A DNA stretch of 64,000 nt from Roseococcus sp. (GTDB taxonomy: Bacteria; Pseudomonadota; Alphaproteobacteria; Acetobacterales; Acetobacteraceae), in NCBI GenBank assembly GCA_019747315.1, contig JAIEQY010000227.1, positions 25,953 to 89,952 of the forward strand, given 5' to 3'. Below the pieces are notes generated by a model. That model saw nothing but the letters and a program-made list of their open reading frames with translations, did no database searches and was not told the DNA's origin. Below, piece after piece: positions 1-10,956 of the stretch (position 1 is its first letter; each line of letters starts with the position of its first letter). The position numbers were made by a program, and so were the translations under genes.

Positions 1-337
1 CCGCGAGATGGGCGGCCTGCCCGACATGATCTTCGTGATCGACGTCGTGAAGGAGAAGCTGGCCATCGAGGAAGCCAACACGCTGGGCATCCCCGTGGTG
101 GCCGTGGTCGACAGCAACTGCGATCCCACGGGCGTCACCTTCCCGATCCCGGGCAATGACGACGCGATCCGCGCCATCAACCTCTATTGCGACCTGATCG
201 CCGCCGCCGTCTTCGACGGCATCTCGGCCGAAATGGTGGCCTCGGGCCGCGACGTCGGCGCGATGCCGGAGCCGGTGGTCGAGGATGCGGTGATCGAGGT
301 CGCCGCCGAAGAGCCCGCCCCCGTGGCGCAGGCGTGA
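1..337 (+). CDS. rpsB: 30S ribosomal protein S2 (5' truncated by window edge)
   Basis: [33 protein letters not shown] motifs; upstream of tsf. Confidence 0.97.
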   Translation, partial: REMGGLPDMIFVIDVVKEKLAIEEANTLGIPVVAVVDSNCDPTGVTFPIPGNDDAIRAINLYCDLIAAAVFDGISAEMVASGRDVGAMPEPVVEDAVIEVAAEEPAPVAQA

Positions 338-361
338 GCCTGAGACAGAAGGAGCAAGACG

Positions 362-1273
362 ATGGCTGAAGTCACGGCTTCCATGGTTCGGGACCTGCGC
401 GATGCGACGGGTGCCGGCATGATGGATTGCAAGAAGGCGCTGGTGGAAACCGGCGGCGACATCGAGGCCGCGATCGACTGGCTGCGCAAGAAGGGCCTCT
501 CCGCCGCGGCGAAGAAGTCCGGCCGCGTGGCCGCCGAGGGCCTGGTGGGCGTCGCCTCCGGCCCGCATGTCGCCGCGATGGTGGAAGTGAATGCCGAGAC
601 GGATTTCGTCGCGCGCAATGAGAGCTTCCAGAACTTCGTCTCCGAGGTGGCGGGCCTGGCCCTCTCCGTCGGCGAGGATATCGAGGCGCTGAAGGCGGCC
701 ACCTATCCCGGCACGCAGCACAGCACCCAGGAAGAGCTGACGAAGCTCATCGCCACGATCGGCGAGAACATGACGATCCGCCGCGCGAGCGTGCTGCGCG
801 TCAGCAAGGGCGCCGTCGCCACCTACATGCACAATGCCGTCAAGCCGGGCCTCGGCAAGATCGGCGTGCTCGTTGCCCTCGAGGGTGAGAGCGAGATGCA
901 GGTGATGGAGACGCTGGGCCGCCAGATCGGCATGCATGTCGCGGCGACGCGGCCTGCGGCGCTGGACATCACCGCGGTCGAGCCCTCCGCGCTCGAGCGT
1001 GAGAAGGCGGTGCTGACCGAGCAGGCGATGGCCTCGGGCAAGCCGCCCGCGGTGATCGAGAAGATGGTCGAAGGCCGCATCCGCAAGTTCTACGAGGAAG
1101 TGGTGCTGCTGGAGCAGGTCTGGGTGCATGACGGCGAGAGCCGCGTGAAGGCCGTGGTGGAAAAGGCGGGCCTGAAGCTCACCGGCTTCACCCGCTTCGC
1201 CCTCGGCGAGGGTATCGAGAAGCAGACGACGGATTTCGCGGCCGAAGTGGCCGCGACCGCCGGCGTCTCCTGA
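362..1273 (+). CDS. tsf: Elongation factor Ts
   Basis: [28 protein letters not shown]; GGAG RBS. Confidence 0.98.
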   Translation: MAEVTASMVRDLRDATGAGMMDCKKALVETGGDIEAAIDWLRKKGLSAAAKKSGRVAAEGLVGVASGPHVAAMVEVNAETDFVARNESFQNFVSEVAGLALSVGEDIEALKAATYPGTQHSTQEELTKLIATIGENMTIRRASVLRVSKGAVATYMHNAVKPGLGKIGVLVALEGESEMQVMETLGRQIGMHVAATRPAALDITAVEPSALEREKAVLTEQAMASGKPPAVIEKMVEGRIRKFYEEVVLLEQVWVHDGESRVKAVVEKAGLKLTGFTRFALGEGIEKQTTDFAAEVAATAGVS

Positions 1274-1293
1274 GACCAGCGTCTTGAGATGGG

Positions 1294-1327
1294 GGCCGGC
1301 GCGGGACACCCCGCGCCGGCCTTTCTT
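1294..1327 (+). terminator. Intrinsic terminator after tsf
   Basis: 12-bp stem GGCCGGCGCGGG/CCCGCGCCGGCC, 4-nt loop, then TTTCTT. Confidence 0.8.
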
Positions 1328-1454
1328 CGGGCGACCCCAACCGCGCGATGGGGGCGCTTGCAGCGACCGGCGCCGCTGCTATCGTCGCGCCAACCGACCC
1401 AAAGCTGGGCGGGCCAATTTTGCGCACCAGCTCCATAAGGAACCGGACACCGAG

Positions 1455-2180
1455 ATGAGCGAAACGCCACGCTACAAGCGCGTCCTGCTGAAGGTGTCCG
1501 GTGAGGCCCTGATGGGCGACCGCTCCTACGGGCTGGACGTTGCCACCATGAAGGCGATCGCCCACGACATCGCGGGAGTGGTGGAACTGGGGGTCGAGGT
1601 CGCGCTCGTCATCGGCGGCGGCAATATCTTCCGCGGCATTGCGGGGGCGGCGACCGGCATGGACCGCGCCCAGGCCGACTATATGGGCATGCTGGCCACC
1701 GTGATGAACGCGCTGGGCATGCAATCGGCGTTGGAGAAGATCGGCGTCCAGACCCGCGTGCAATCCGCCATCGAGATGAGCTCGATCTGCGAGCCCTATA
1801 TCCGCCGGCGCGCCATGCGCCACATGGAAAAGGGGCGCGTCGTGATCTTCGGCGCCGGCACCGGCAATCCCTTCTTCACGACGGACACCGCGGCCGCCCT
1901 GCGCGCCGCCGAGATGGGCTGCCAGGCGCTGCTCAAGGGCACCCAGGTGGATGGCGTCTATGACAGCGACCCCCGCAAGAACCCGAACGCGCAGCGCTAC
2001 ACCACGCTGACCTATCTGGAGATGCTCTCGCGCGATCTCGCGGTGATGGATGCGGCGGCGATTTCGGTCGCACGGGAAAACCATCTGCCCATCATCGTGT
2101 TCAACATTCACGAACCCGGTGCCTTCACCGCCGTGATCCGCGGCGAAGGCCGCTTCACCACCGTCACCGACACGCCCTGA
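1455..2180 (+). CDS. pyrH: Uridylate kinase
   Basis: [34 protein letters not shown]; start set at ATG 1455. Confidence 0.97.
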   Translation: MSETPRYKRVLLKVSGEALMGDRSYGLDVATMKAIAHDIAGVVELGVEVALVIGGGNIFRGIAGAATGMDRAQADYMGMLATVMNALGMQSALEKIGVQTRVQSAIEMSSICEPYIRRRAMRHMEKGRVVIFGAGTGNPFFTTDTAAALRAAEMGCQALLKGTQVDGVYDSDPRKNPNAQRYTTLTYLEMLSRDLAVMDAAAISVARENHLPIIVFNIHEPGAFTAVIRGEGRFTTVTDTP

Positions 2181-2192
2181 AAGTTCGACATC

Positions 2193-2768
2193 ATGGCCGC
2201 TCCCCCACCCGACCGACAGGTTCTGAAGACCGATCTGGTGCGCCGCATGGATGGCGCGATCGAGACGCTGAAGAAGGAGTTCACCGGGCTTCGCACCGGC
2301 CGGGCCAGCCCCTCGCTGCTGGAGCCGATCCGCGTCGAGGCCTATGGCAACAACCAGCCGCTCAGCCAGGTGGCCAATGTCTCGGTCGCCGGGCCCTCCA
2401 TGCTGCAGGTGCAGGTCTGGGATCGTTCGGTCGTGAAGGCGGTCGAAATCGCGATCCGTGATTCGGGCCTGGGGCTGAACCCGCAATCCGAAGGCCAGAC
2501 CATCCGCGTCATGCTGCCGCCGCTGACCGAGCAGCGCCGCAATGAGCTGGCGAAGACGGCCGCCAAGTATTCGGAGGGCTGCAAGGTCTCCATCCGCGGT
2601 GTGCGCCGCGACGGCATGGAGCAGATCCAGGCCTGGAAGAAGAAGTCCGAGATCGGCGAGGATGATGCGAAGCGCTGGTCGGACGAGGTGCAGAAGCTCA
2701 CCGACGAATATGTGAAGAAGATCGACGTCCTGCTGGCCGAGAAGGAAAAGGACATCAAGACCGTTTGA
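2193..2768 (+). CDS. frr: Ribosome recycling factor
   Basis: LRTGRASPSLL, LGLNP, PPLTEQRR. Confidence 0.97.
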   Translation: MAAPPPDRQVLKTDLVRRMDGAIETLKKEFTGLRTGRASPSLLEPIRVEAYGNNQPLSQVANVSVAGPSMLQVQVWDRSVVKAVEIAIRDSGLGLNPQSEGQTIRVMLPPLTEQRRNELAKTAAKYSEGCKVSIRGVRRDGMEQIQAWKKKSEIGEDDAKRWSDEVQKLTDEYVKKIDVLLAEKEKDIKTV

Positions 2769-3508
2769 TGGGCGCGCACCCGGCTCCGGCGGCGGGTGTG
2801 GGGGCGGAGACGCCCCGGCATGTCGCCATCATCATGGATGGCAACCGCCGCTGGGCCCAGGCGCGCGGCCTGCCTGTGGCGCTGGGCCATCGCGCCGGGG
2901 CGGATGCGGCGCGCCGCGCAATCGAGGCCGCGATCGGCGCCGGGGTCTCCTGGCTGACGCTCTTCGCCTTTTCCTCCGAGAACTGGTCCCGCCCGGCCGA
3001 TGAGGTGCAGGAGCTGACCATGCTGCTGCGCCACTATCTGCGCGCCGAGGTCAGCCAGCTCAGCAAGGAAGGGGTCCGCCTGCGCGTCATCGGCGAGCGC
3101 GGGCGCTTTGGCGAGGAAACCCTGAAGGCCATGGCCTCGGCGGAGGAAGTCACCGCCGGGGGGCGGCGCCTGAACCTCACCATGGCCATCTCCTACGGGG
3201 CGCGGGCCGAGATCCTCGCCGCCGCCCGCGCCGTCGCCGCCGCCGCCGCGCGGGGCGAGCTGGACCCGGCGAGCCTGGACGAGGCGGGCTTCGAGCGGCA
3301 CCTCTTCACCGCCGACATGCCCGACCCGGACCTCATCATCCGCACCTCGGGCGAGCAGCGTATTTCCAACTTCCTGCTCTGGCAGGCCGCCTATGCCGAG
3401 CTGATCTTCCAGCCCGTGCTCTGGCCGGATTTCGGCGTGGAGGATTTCAACGCCGCCCTTGCCGCCTATGCCGCGCGTGAGCGGCGCTTCGGCACGCGCA
3501 CCGGCTGA
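2768..3508 (+). CDS. uppS: Undecaprenyl diphosphate synthase
   Basis: HVAIIMDGNRRWA, FSSENWSRP, RTSGEQRISNFLLWQ. Confidence 0.97.
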   Translation: MGAHPAPAAGVGAETPRHVAIIMDGNRRWAQARGLPVALGHRAGADAARRAIEAAIGAGVSWLTLFAFSSENWSRPADEVQELTMLLRHYLRAEVSQLSKEGVRLRVIGERGRFGEETLKAMASAEEVTAGGRRLNLTMAISYGARAEILAAARAVAAAAARGELDPASLDEAGFERHLFTADMPDPDLIIRTSGEQRISNFLLWQAAYAELIFQPVLWPDFGVEDFNAALAAYAARERRFGTRTG

Positions 3509-3536
3509 TGCGGCCGCCCCGGATGGCCCCGCCCTG

Positions 3537-4349
3537 ATGGCCCAACTCGCGGATCTGCGCGCCCGGGTGCTGACCGCCGCCATCATCGGGCCGGTGGCGT
3601 TGTTCTGCATCTGGCAGGGTGGCGTCTGGTGGTCGGCGCTGATGCTGCTCTGTGTGCTGGGGCTGGGCTGGGAATGGGTGCGGCTTTGCGGCGGGCGCGG
3701 GCGTGGGCGCGCCGGGGCGCTGGTGCTGGTGCCGGTGCTGCTGGGGGCGTTCTGCGCCGTACTGAACTTTCCGCTGGCGGGCCTCCTGGTCGTCGCGGCG
3801 GGAGCTGTGCTGGCCTGGCGCCTGGCGGGGGTGCTGCCGGCCTGGTGGCTCGGCTTTGGCGTGGCCTATATCGGCCTGGCCGGCATCGCGCTGCTGGAAT
3901 TGCGGCATGACGGCGCGGCCGGGCGCGGGAATGTGGTGTTTCTCTTCCTGGTGGTCTGGGCCTCGGACATCTCGGCCTATTTCGCCGGGCGCTTCCTGGG
4001 TGGGCCGAAGCTCGCCCCCGCCATCTCACCCAACAAGACCTGGTCCGGCGCCATGGGCGGGCTGCTCGGCGCGCTGGTGATCGGCGTTTCGGCCGCGCTG
4101 GCGCTGGGGGGCGCGGCACCTTTGGGCGCCACGGCGGTGGTGGCCCTGCTGCTGGGCCTTGCCACCCAGTCGGGTGACATGTTTGAGAGCTGGATCAAGC
4201 GGCGCTTCGGCGTGAAGGATTCGTCCGGGCTGCTGCCCGGGCATGGCGGGCTGCTGGACCGGCTGGACGGCGTTCTCGCCGCTGCCCCGGTCGCGGCCCT
4301 GATCGGCCTGGCTTCCGGGCCGGGCATGCATGTGTGGAGATGGGTGTGA
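3537..4349 (+). CDS. cdsA: Phosphatidate cytidylyltransferase (start uncertain)
   Basis: Hydrophobic; ISPNKTWSG, GDMFESWIKRRFGVKDS..LPGHGGLLDRLD. Confidence 0.95.
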   Translation: MAQLADLRARVLTAAIIGPVALFCIWQGGVWWSALMLLCVLGLGWEWVRLCGGRGRGRAGALVLVPVLLGAFCAVLNFPLAGLLVVAAGAVLAWRLAGVLPAWWLGFGVAYIGLAGIALLELRHDGAAGRGNVVFLFLVVWASDISAYFAGRFLGGPKLAPAISPNKTWSGAMGGLLGALVIGVSAALALGGAAPLGATAVVALLLGLATQSGDMFESWIKRRFGVKDSSGLLPGHGGLLDRLDGVLAAAPVAALIGLASGPGMHVWRWV

Positions 4350-5524
4350 CAGGCAACTCGGCGCGCAGCGTCACCGTGCTGGGCTGCACGGGCTCGATCG
4401 GGCGCAGCACCATGGCGCTGCTGGAAGCGGCCGCCCCCGGCGCCTTCTCGGTGCGCGCTTTGGTGGCAGGGCGGGATGTGGCGACACTGGCCGCCCAGGC
4501 CCGCGCCCATCGCGCCGAACTGGCCGTGGTGGCGGATGAGGCCTGCCATGCCGACCTCAAGGCGGCGCTGGCCGGCTCCGGTATCGAGACGGCAGCCGGG
4601 GCCGAGGCGGTGATCGAGGCGGCGCGCCGCCCAGTTGATTGGACCATGGCCGCCATCGTGGGCGCGGTCGGGCTGAAGAGCACCCTGGCCGCGCTGACCC
4701 GTGGCGGCACGCTGGCGCTGGCCAACAAGGAGAGCCTGGTCTGCGCCGGGCAACTCGTCCTCGACATGGCCGCCCGTTACGGCGCCACGCTGCTGCCGGT
4801 GGATTCCGAGCACAACGCCATCTTCCAGGCGCTGGACCCGCGCGACCCCCGGGTGATCGAGAAGATCATCCTGACGGCCTCCGGCGGGCCCTTCCGCGAA
4901 TGGAGCCTGGCGCAGATGCAGGCGGCGACGCCGGAGCAGGCGGTGCGCCACCCGGTCTGGTCCATGGGGGCCAAGATCAGCGTGGACAGCGCCACCATGT
5001 TCAACAAGGGGCTGGAGCTGATCGAGGCCGCCCGCCTCTTCCCCGTGCCGGCCGAGCGGATCGAGGTGCTGGTTCACCGCCAATCCGCCGTGCATGGGAT
5101 GGTGCAGTACAGCGATGGCTCGCTGCTGGCGCAGCTGGGCTCGCCCGACATGCGCACCCCTATCGCCCATTGCCTGGCCTGGCCCGCCCGCATGGCGGTG
5201 GATGTGCCGCGCCTCGACCTCGCGGCCCTCGCCCGCCTGGATTTCGAGGCGCCCGATCCCGTGCGCTTCCCGGCGCTGCGCCTGGCGCGTGAGGCGCTGG
5301 CCGCCGAGGGCGGCGCGCCCTGCGTGCTGAACGCCGCCAATGAGGTGGCGGTCGGCCTCTTCCTCGAAAAGCGGCTGGGCTTCCTGGACATCGCGGCCGT
5401 TGTGGAGGACACCCTGACCGCCCTGGCCGGGAGCCAGGTGCCGGATCTGGACGCGGTGCTGGAATTGGACCGCTCGGCACGCCACATCGCACATAGCCGC
5501 GCCGCGCACCGCGCCGCCGCCTGA
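4346..5524 (+). CDS. dxr: 1-deoxy-D-xylulose-5-phosphate reductoisomerase
   Basis: LGCTGSIG, LANKESLV, PVDSEHNA, LTASGGPFR, MGAKISVDSATM. Confidence 0.97.
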   Translation: MTGNSARSVTVLGCTGSIGRSTMALLEAAAPGAFSVRALVAGRDVATLAAQARAHRAELAVVADEACHADLKAALAGSGIETAAGAEAVIEAARRPVDWTMAAIVGAVGLKSTLAALTRGGTLALANKESLVCAGQLVLDMAARYGATLLPVDSEHNAIFQALDPRDPRVIEKIILTASGGPFREWSLAQMQAATPEQAVRHPVWSMGAKISVDSATMFNKGLELIEAARLFPVPAERIEVLVHRQSAVHGMVQYSDGSLLAQLGSPDMRTPIAHCLAWPARMAVDVPRLDLAALARLDFEAPDPVRFPALRLAREALAAEGGAPCVLNAANEVAVGLFLEKRLGFLDIAAVVEDTLTALAGSQVPDLDAVLELDRSARHIAHSRAAHRAAA

Positions 5525-5536
5525 CGGAGCCCAACC

Positions 5537-6652
5537 TTGCTCGATTTCCTGCCCGATGCCGCGCGCACCATCCTCGCCTTCCTGGTGGTGCTGGGCGTGC
5601 TCATCTTCTTCCATGAGCTCGGCCATTACGCCGCCGCGCGCTGGCGGCGGGTGCATGTGGACGCCTTCAGCATCGGCTTCGGCCGCGCTTTGCTGCGCTG
5701 GACGGACAAGCGCGGCACGGAATGGCGCCTCGCCTGGATCCCGCTCGGCGGCTATGTGAAGCTGCACGGGCAATCGCCGCTGGATGACACGCCCGAGGCT
5801 GAGCGCCTGCCCGAGCGCCCGGGCGAGACCTTCCATGACAAGCCGGTGAAGGACCGCGCCATCATCGTGGCCGCCGGCCCCGTGGCCAATTTCGTGCTGG
5901 CGATCCTGCTCTTTGCCGGCATGTTCGCGACCCATGGCGTGCCGCGCGGGCTGACGACGATCTCCGCCGTCGGGCCTGGCTCCGCCGCCGAGCGCGCCGG
6001 GATGCAGGCGGGCGACGTGATCCTCTCGCTGGATGGCACGCGCATTACCCGCTTCGACCAGGTGCAGCGCCACATCCAGCCCCGCGCCGGGCAGGAGGTG
6101 CAGGTCAAGCTGGATCGCGAGGGGCGTGAACTGAGCCTGACCGCCATCCCCAGCGCGGCAGCGCGTGGCGATGCGGCGCCGGTGGGCGTTCTCGGCATCC
6201 AGGGTGGCCGCGCGCAATTCGAGCGGCTGGGCCCGATTGACGCGCTCTGGGCCGGCACGGTGCAGACGGCCGATGTCTCCTGGCAGACGCTGGTGGGCAT
6301 TGGCGAGATGCTGACGGGGACGCGCAGCGCCAAGGAGCTGGGCGGGCCGATCCGCATCGCCGAGGTCTCGGGCGAGGCCGCGACGCTCGGCATCATCCCG
6401 CTGGTGAACCTGATGGCGCTGCTCTCGGTGAGCCTCGCGCTGCTGAACCTGTTTCCGATTCCGCTGCTGGATGGCGGGCACCTGATGTTCTACGCGGCGG
6501 AGGCGATCCGCGGCCGTCCCCTGCCGCCGCGGGCGCTGGAATACGGTTTCCGGGCCGGTTTTGCCGTGCTGATTGGGCTGTTTCTGTTTGCAACTTGGAA
6601 CGATATCGCGCATGGCGGCATTGGACGCTGGGTCGCGGGATGGGTGGGATGA
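5537..6652 (+). CDS. rseP: RIP metalloprotease RseP
   Basis: HELGH, PDZ region, NLFPIPLLDGGH. Confidence 0.96.
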   Translation: MLDFLPDAARTILAFLVVLGVLIFFHELGHYAAARWRRVHVDAFSIGFGRALLRWTDKRGTEWRLAWIPLGGYVKLHGQSPLDDTPEAERLPERPGETFHDKPVKDRAIIVAAGPVANFVLAILLFAGMFATHGVPRGLTTISAVGPGSAAERAGMQAGDVILSLDGTRITRFDQVQRHIQPRAGQEVQVKLDREGRELSLTAIPSAAARGDAAPVGVLGIQGGRAQFERLGPIDALWAGTVQTADVSWQTLVGIGEMLTGTRSAKELGGPIRIAEVSGEAATLGIIPLVNLMALLSVSLALLNLFPIPLLDGGHLMFYAAEAIRGRPLPPRALEYGFRAGFAVLIGLFLFATWNDIAHGGIGRWVAGWVG

Positions 6653-6729
6653 CGATGCGCAGACGCTTGGGGTGGCGGGCGGCAACGCCTGAGGCTATGG
6701 TCCGGCCGCTTCCGTTGGGCCCGAACAGG

Positions 6730-9078
6730 ATGGCTTCTTCCTTGACATCGAAATTGCTTCCTTTCCTGCTGGTCACCGCCGTTCTGGCGCCTGTGTTGGC
6801 ACCTGTTCCGGCCGATGCGCAGAATCGCCCCCGCCCCACGCCCACCCGCGTGGACCAGCCCGGCGGCACGATCTCGGCCGTCGAGGTGCGCGGGAACCAG
6901 CGCATCGAGATCGACACGATCCGCAGCTACATGCTGCTGGGCCCCGGTGACCAATATGACAGCGACCGCGCCGATCGCTCGCTGCGCAGCCTCTTCGCGA
7001 CCGGCCTGTTCCGCGACGTCACCATCTCGCGCGATGGCTCGCGCCTGATCGTCCAGGTGGCGGAGAATCCGCTGGTGAACCGCGTCGCCTTCGAAGGCAA
7101 TCGCCGCGTCTCGGACGACAACATCCGGCCCGAGGTGCAGCTGCGCCCGCGCTCGGTCTTCACCACCCAGCTGGTCCAGGGCGACCGGCAGCGCATCCTC
7201 GACCTCTATGCCCGCCGCGGCCGCTTTGCCGCGCGCGTCGAGCCGAAGATCATCGAGCTCGACCAGAACCGCGTGGATGTGGTCTTCGAGATCACCGAGG
7301 GCGATGCCGCCCTGGTGGCGCGGGTGAATTTTGTCGGCAATACCTACTATTCGGATGCGCGCCTGGCCGATGTCATCTCCACCAAGGAGCAGGCCTGGTA
7401 CCGCTTCCTCTCCTCCTCCGACACCTTCGACCCGGACCGCCTGAACTTCGACCGCGAGCTGTTGCGCCGCTATTATTTGCGCACGGGCTTCCCCGATGTG
7501 CAGATCGGCGCCGCCACGGCGGAGCTGGCGCCGGACCGCAGCGGCTTCTTCCTGACCTATAATGTCACGGAAGGCCCGCGCTATACCTTCGGCACGGTCG
7601 AGATCACCTCGGTCTTCCCAAACCTGAACCCGGCCGATCTGCAGCGCTTCCTGGAAGTGACGCCCGGCGCGATCTACAACGGGGACGCGGTCGAGCGCAG
7701 CGCGCAGGCGGTGGCCGATGGCGCCAACCTGCGCGGCTTCCCCTTCGTGGATGTGCAGCCCCGCATCACCCGCGACACCGAGAACAACCGCATCAACATC
7801 GTCTTCTCGGTGAACGAGGCGCCGCGCGTCTTCGTCGAGCGGATCGACATCAACGGCAACACCCGCACGCAGGATCGCGTGATCCGCCGCGAATTCCGCC
7901 TGGCGGAGGGCGATGCCTTCAACGCCGCGCAGGTGCGCCGCTCGCGCGAGCGGCTGCGCAACCTCGGCTATTTCTCGGATGTGCAGATCACCAACGGCCC
8001 GGGCTCGGCGCCCGACCGGACCGTGCTGAACACCCAGGTGGTGGAGCGTGCGACGGGTGAAGTCAGCATCGGCGGCGGATATTCGACCGATGCCGGCTTC
8101 CTGGCCGATTTCGGCCTGCGCGAGCGCAACCTCTCGGGCACCGGCATTGACGGCCGCATCAACGCCACGCTGGCGCAGCGCCGCAGCCAGCTGGATTTCT
8201 CGGTCACGAATCCGCAATTCCTCGATCGCAACCTCGCGGTCGGCACGGACATCTTCTACATCCAGCGCAACCTGCAGACGATTTCGAACTTCAGCGAGCG
8301 TCGCGCGGGCTTTGCGCTGCGCGCCGGCTATGAATTCAACGAGCGGCTGCGGCAATCCTGGTCGTACAGCCTGATCAACCGCGAGATCTACAACATCCAG
8401 CCGGGTGCCTCGATCTATGTGACCGAGCAGGCGGGCACGACACTGCTGAGCCAGGTGAGCCAGACCCTGGCCTATGACACCCGTGACAATCTGATTGAGC
8501 CGCGGCGCGGCTACCTGATCCGCCTCGGTACGGATTTCGCTGGCCTGGGCGGCGACGTCGCCTTCTTCCGCGGCCGCATCGACGGCGCACTCTTCCTGCC
8601 CTTCGAGCAGGTCTTCGGCCATCCGGATTACGTGCTCAGTATCTCGGGCAGCGTCGGCATGATCGAGCCTTGGTCGCAGACCTCGAACCAGGAGCGCATC
8701 GTGGACCGATTCTTCCTGGGCGGCGAGAACCTGCGCGGCTTCGCGCTGGCGGGGGCCGGCCCGCGCGACCTGACGACCAATGACGCACTGGGTGGCCGCC
8801 GTCTCTGGACGCAAAGCACCGAGATGCGCTTCCCGCTGCCCGGCATCCCCTCGGAGATCGGCCTGCTGGGCCGGGCCTTCGTGGATGTCGGCGCGCTGTG
8901 GGACACGGTCTCCGGCCCCAATATCGGGACGAGCAATTCGCCCCGCGTCGGCACGGGCGTGGGCGTTTCCTGGCGCAGCCCCTTCGGCCTGATCAACATC
9001 GACCTGGCCCAGGCGGTGGTGAAGCAATCCTACGACCAGACTCAGGTTTTCCGCTTCGGCTTCGGGACGCGCTTCTGA
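6730..9078 (+). CDS. bamA: Outer membrane protein assembly factor BamA
   Basis: Signal peptide, POTRA repeats (GN.R...), LRGF loop, C-terminal FRFGFGTRF. Confidence 0.97.
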   Translation: MASSLTSKLLPFLLVTAVLAPVLAPVPADAQNRPRPTPTRVDQPGGTISAVEVRGNQRIEIDTIRSYMLLGPGDQYDSDRADRSLRSLFATGLFRDVTISRDGSRLIVQVAENPLVNRVAFEGNRRVSDDNIRPEVQLRPRSVFTTQLVQGDRQRILDLYARRGRFAARVEPKIIELDQNRVDVVFEITEGDAALVARVNFVGNTYYSDARLADVISTKEQAWYRFLSSSDTFDPDRLNFDRELLRRYYLRTGFPDVQIGAATAELAPDRSGFFLTYNVTEGPRYTFGTVEITSVFPNLNPADLQRFLEVTPGAIYNGDAVERSAQAVADGANLRGFPFVDVQPRITRDTENNRINIVFSVNEAPRVFVERIDINGNTRTQDRVIRREFRLAEGDAFNAAQVRRSRERLRNLGYFSDVQITNGPGSAPDRTVLNTQVVERATGEVSIGGGYSTDAGFLADFGLRERNLSGTGIDGRINATLAQRRSQLDFSVTNPQFLDRNLAVGTDIFYIQRNLQTISNFSERRAGFALRAGYEFNERLRQSWSYSLINREIYNIQPGASIYVTEQAGTTLLSQVSQTLAYDTRDNLIEPRRGYLIRLGTDFAGLGGDVAFFRGRIDGALFLPFEQVFGHPDYVLSISGSVGMIEPWSQTSNQERIVDRFFLGGENLRGFALAGAGPRDLTTNDALGGRRLWTQSTEMRFPLPGIPSEIGLLGRAFVDVGALWDTVSGPNIGTSNSPRVGTGVGVSWRSPFGLINIDLAQAVVKQSYDQTQVFRFGFGTRF

Positions 9079-9099
9079 GCGCGCAGACAGGTACACGAC

Positions 9100-9882
9100 A
9101 TGACATCACTTCGCTCCGCGCTCCCGCTTCTGTTGGCAATTGCCTCCACGCCGGCCCTGGCCCAGCAGAACCAGGAGTGGTTCGTGCCTGGCCAGGGTGG
9201 CCAACGCCCGCAAGGCCAGCCGCAGCCGCAGCAGCAGCGCCCGCCGCAGCAGCCGCAGGGCCAGCCTGCGCAGCGCCCGGCGCAGCCGCAGGGCCAGCGC
9301 CCGGCCGCCCTGCCGGCCGGCACACCGCCCCCCACGGCGGTGATCGGCATCGTGGACATCCCCGAGATCCAGCGCCTCTCCACCGCCTTCAACCAGGTGC
9401 GTGAAGAGATCGAGCGCCGCCGCACCCGGCTGAATGATGACCTCCAGCGCGAGCAGAATGGCTGGCGCGAGGCGCAGCAGGCGCTGGCCGTGCAGCGCAC
9501 CCAGATGACGCCGGATCAGATCCGCAACCGCGAGCGCGAGCTGCAGGACCGGATCACCGACAGCCAGCGCATCTTCCGCAACCGCGGCCAGGCGATCGAG
9601 CAGGCGGCGCAGCAATCCCTCATGCAGATCGAGGAGTCGCTGGCCGGCGTGGTGCGTGCGGTGGCGGCCAGCCGCAGCGTGAACATCGTGGTGCCGCGGC
9701 CCCTGGTGATCATGAACGACCCCGGCTTCGACCTGACCGAGGAAGTGGCGCAGCAATTCAACCGTGCCCTACGGCAGGTGGCGATTCCGCCGGAATCGGA
9801 CGGCTCGAACCCGCCCGCCGCCCCGGCGCAGCCCACGCCGCGCCCGCCCGCGCAACCGCCGCAGCAGCAGCGGCGGAACTGA
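9100..9882 (+). CDS. skp: Skp/OmpH periplasmic chaperone with Gln/Pro-rich extensions
   Basis: Signal peptide, IGIVD, coiled coil, DLTEEV; between bamA and lpxD. Confidence 0.85.
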   Translation: MTSLRSALPLLLAIASTPALAQQNQEWFVPGQGGQRPQGQPQPQQQRPPQQPQGQPAQRPAQPQGQRPAALPAGTPPPTAVIGIVDIPEIQRLSTAFNQVREEIERRRTRLNDDLQREQNGWREAQQALAVQRTQMTPDQIRNRERELQDRITDSQRIFRNRGQAIEQAAQQSLMQIEESLAGVVRAVAASRSVNIVVPRPLVIMNDPGFDLTEEVAQQFNRALRQVAIPPESDGSNPPAAPAQPTPRPPAQPPQQQRRN

Positions 9883-9915
9883 CGCCGCCTCGGCACATGC
9901 GACGGGTGCAGCATC

Positions 9916-10956
9916 GTGGATGACCAACGCTTCCTCGGAAGAGCGCAGCCTGTTGACCTCGCTGCCATCCTCGCCGCCGCCGGCGGGGAGGTTGCGGGCG
10001 ATCCTGCGCGGATTTTCGCAGGCGTGGCGCCACTGCACAGCGCCTCGCCCGGAGAGGTGAGTTTCTGCGAAAGCCGTGCCTATGCCGAGGCGCTGGCCGC
10101 GACCCGCGCCGGGCTCGTCCTTGTCTCCGCCGAATTCGCCAGCCATGTGCCGGCCGCCACGCTGGCCGTGGTCTGCCGCAGCCCGGCCCTCGCCTTCGGG
10201 CGGGTCGCCGCGCTGTTCTACCCGCGCCCCGCGCCCAGCGGCGGCATCCATCCCTCCGCCATCATCCACCCCGATGCCCGCATCGGTGAAGGCACGGAAG
10301 TCGGCGCCCATGCGGTGATCGAAGCCGGCGCTGAAATCGGCCGGAGCTGCCGCATCGCCCCCTTCGTCCTGATCGGGCGGCAAGTCGTGCTTGGCGATGA
10401 TTGCGTCATCCACAGCCATTGCAGCGTGACCCATGCGGTGCTGGGCCGGGGCGTGGTCCTGCATCCCGGCGCGCGAATCGGGCAGGAGGGGTTCGGCTTC
10501 GCCACCACCGCCGATGGCCGCTTCGTCACCGCCCCGCAGCTCGGCTCCGTGCATCTGGGCGATGGCGTCGAGGTCGGCGCCAATAGCTGCGTGGACCGCG
10601 CGAGCCTTGGCGAGACGGTGCTGGGCCCGGGCACGCGGATCGATAACCTGGTCCAGGTGGGCCACAATGTCCGCACCGGGCGGGGCTGCATCCTGGTGGC
10701 GCAGGTCGGCGTGTCCGGCTCCACCATCCTGGGCGACTATGTCCAGGTTGCGGGGCAGGCCGGGCTGACGGGTCACCTGAAGATCGGCAGCAAGGTCCGG
10801 ATCGGCGCTCAGGCGGGCGTGATGAACGACGTTCCCCCGGGGATCGAGGTGCTCGGCTCGCCCGCCGCCCCCAAGAAGGAGGCCATGCGCGCCATGCTGG
10901 TCCTCAAGCGCCTCGGCAGCGAATCCCGCGGCCCTGCCAAGCAAAAATCGGAGTGA
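9916..10956 (+). CDS. lpxD: UDP-3-O-acylglucosamine N-acyltransferase
   Basis: Hexapeptide repeats, IGQEGFGF, IDNLVQVGHNV. Confidence 0.96.
   Translation: MDDQRFLGRAQPVDLAAILAAAGGEVAGDPARIFAGVAPLHSASPGEVSFCESRAYAEALAATRAGLVLVSAEFASHVPAATLAVVCRSPALAFGRVAALFYPRPAPSGGIHPSAIIHPDARIGEGTEVGAHAVIEAGAEIGRSCRIAPFVLIGRQVVLGDDCVIHSHCSVTHAVLGRGVVLHPGARIGQEGFGFATTADGRFVTAPQLGSVHLGDGVEVGANSCVDRASLGETVLGPGTRIDNLVQVGHNVRTGRGCILVAQVGVSGSTILGDYVQVAGQAGLTGHLKIGSKVRIGAQAGVMNDVPPGIEVLGSPAAPKKEAMRAMLVLKRLGSESRGPAKQKSE

Noticed and set aside
9190-9310. CAG/CCG-rich repeats in skp
   Set aside because: Low-complexity Gln/Pro linker; no regular repeat-spacer structure, not CRISPR.
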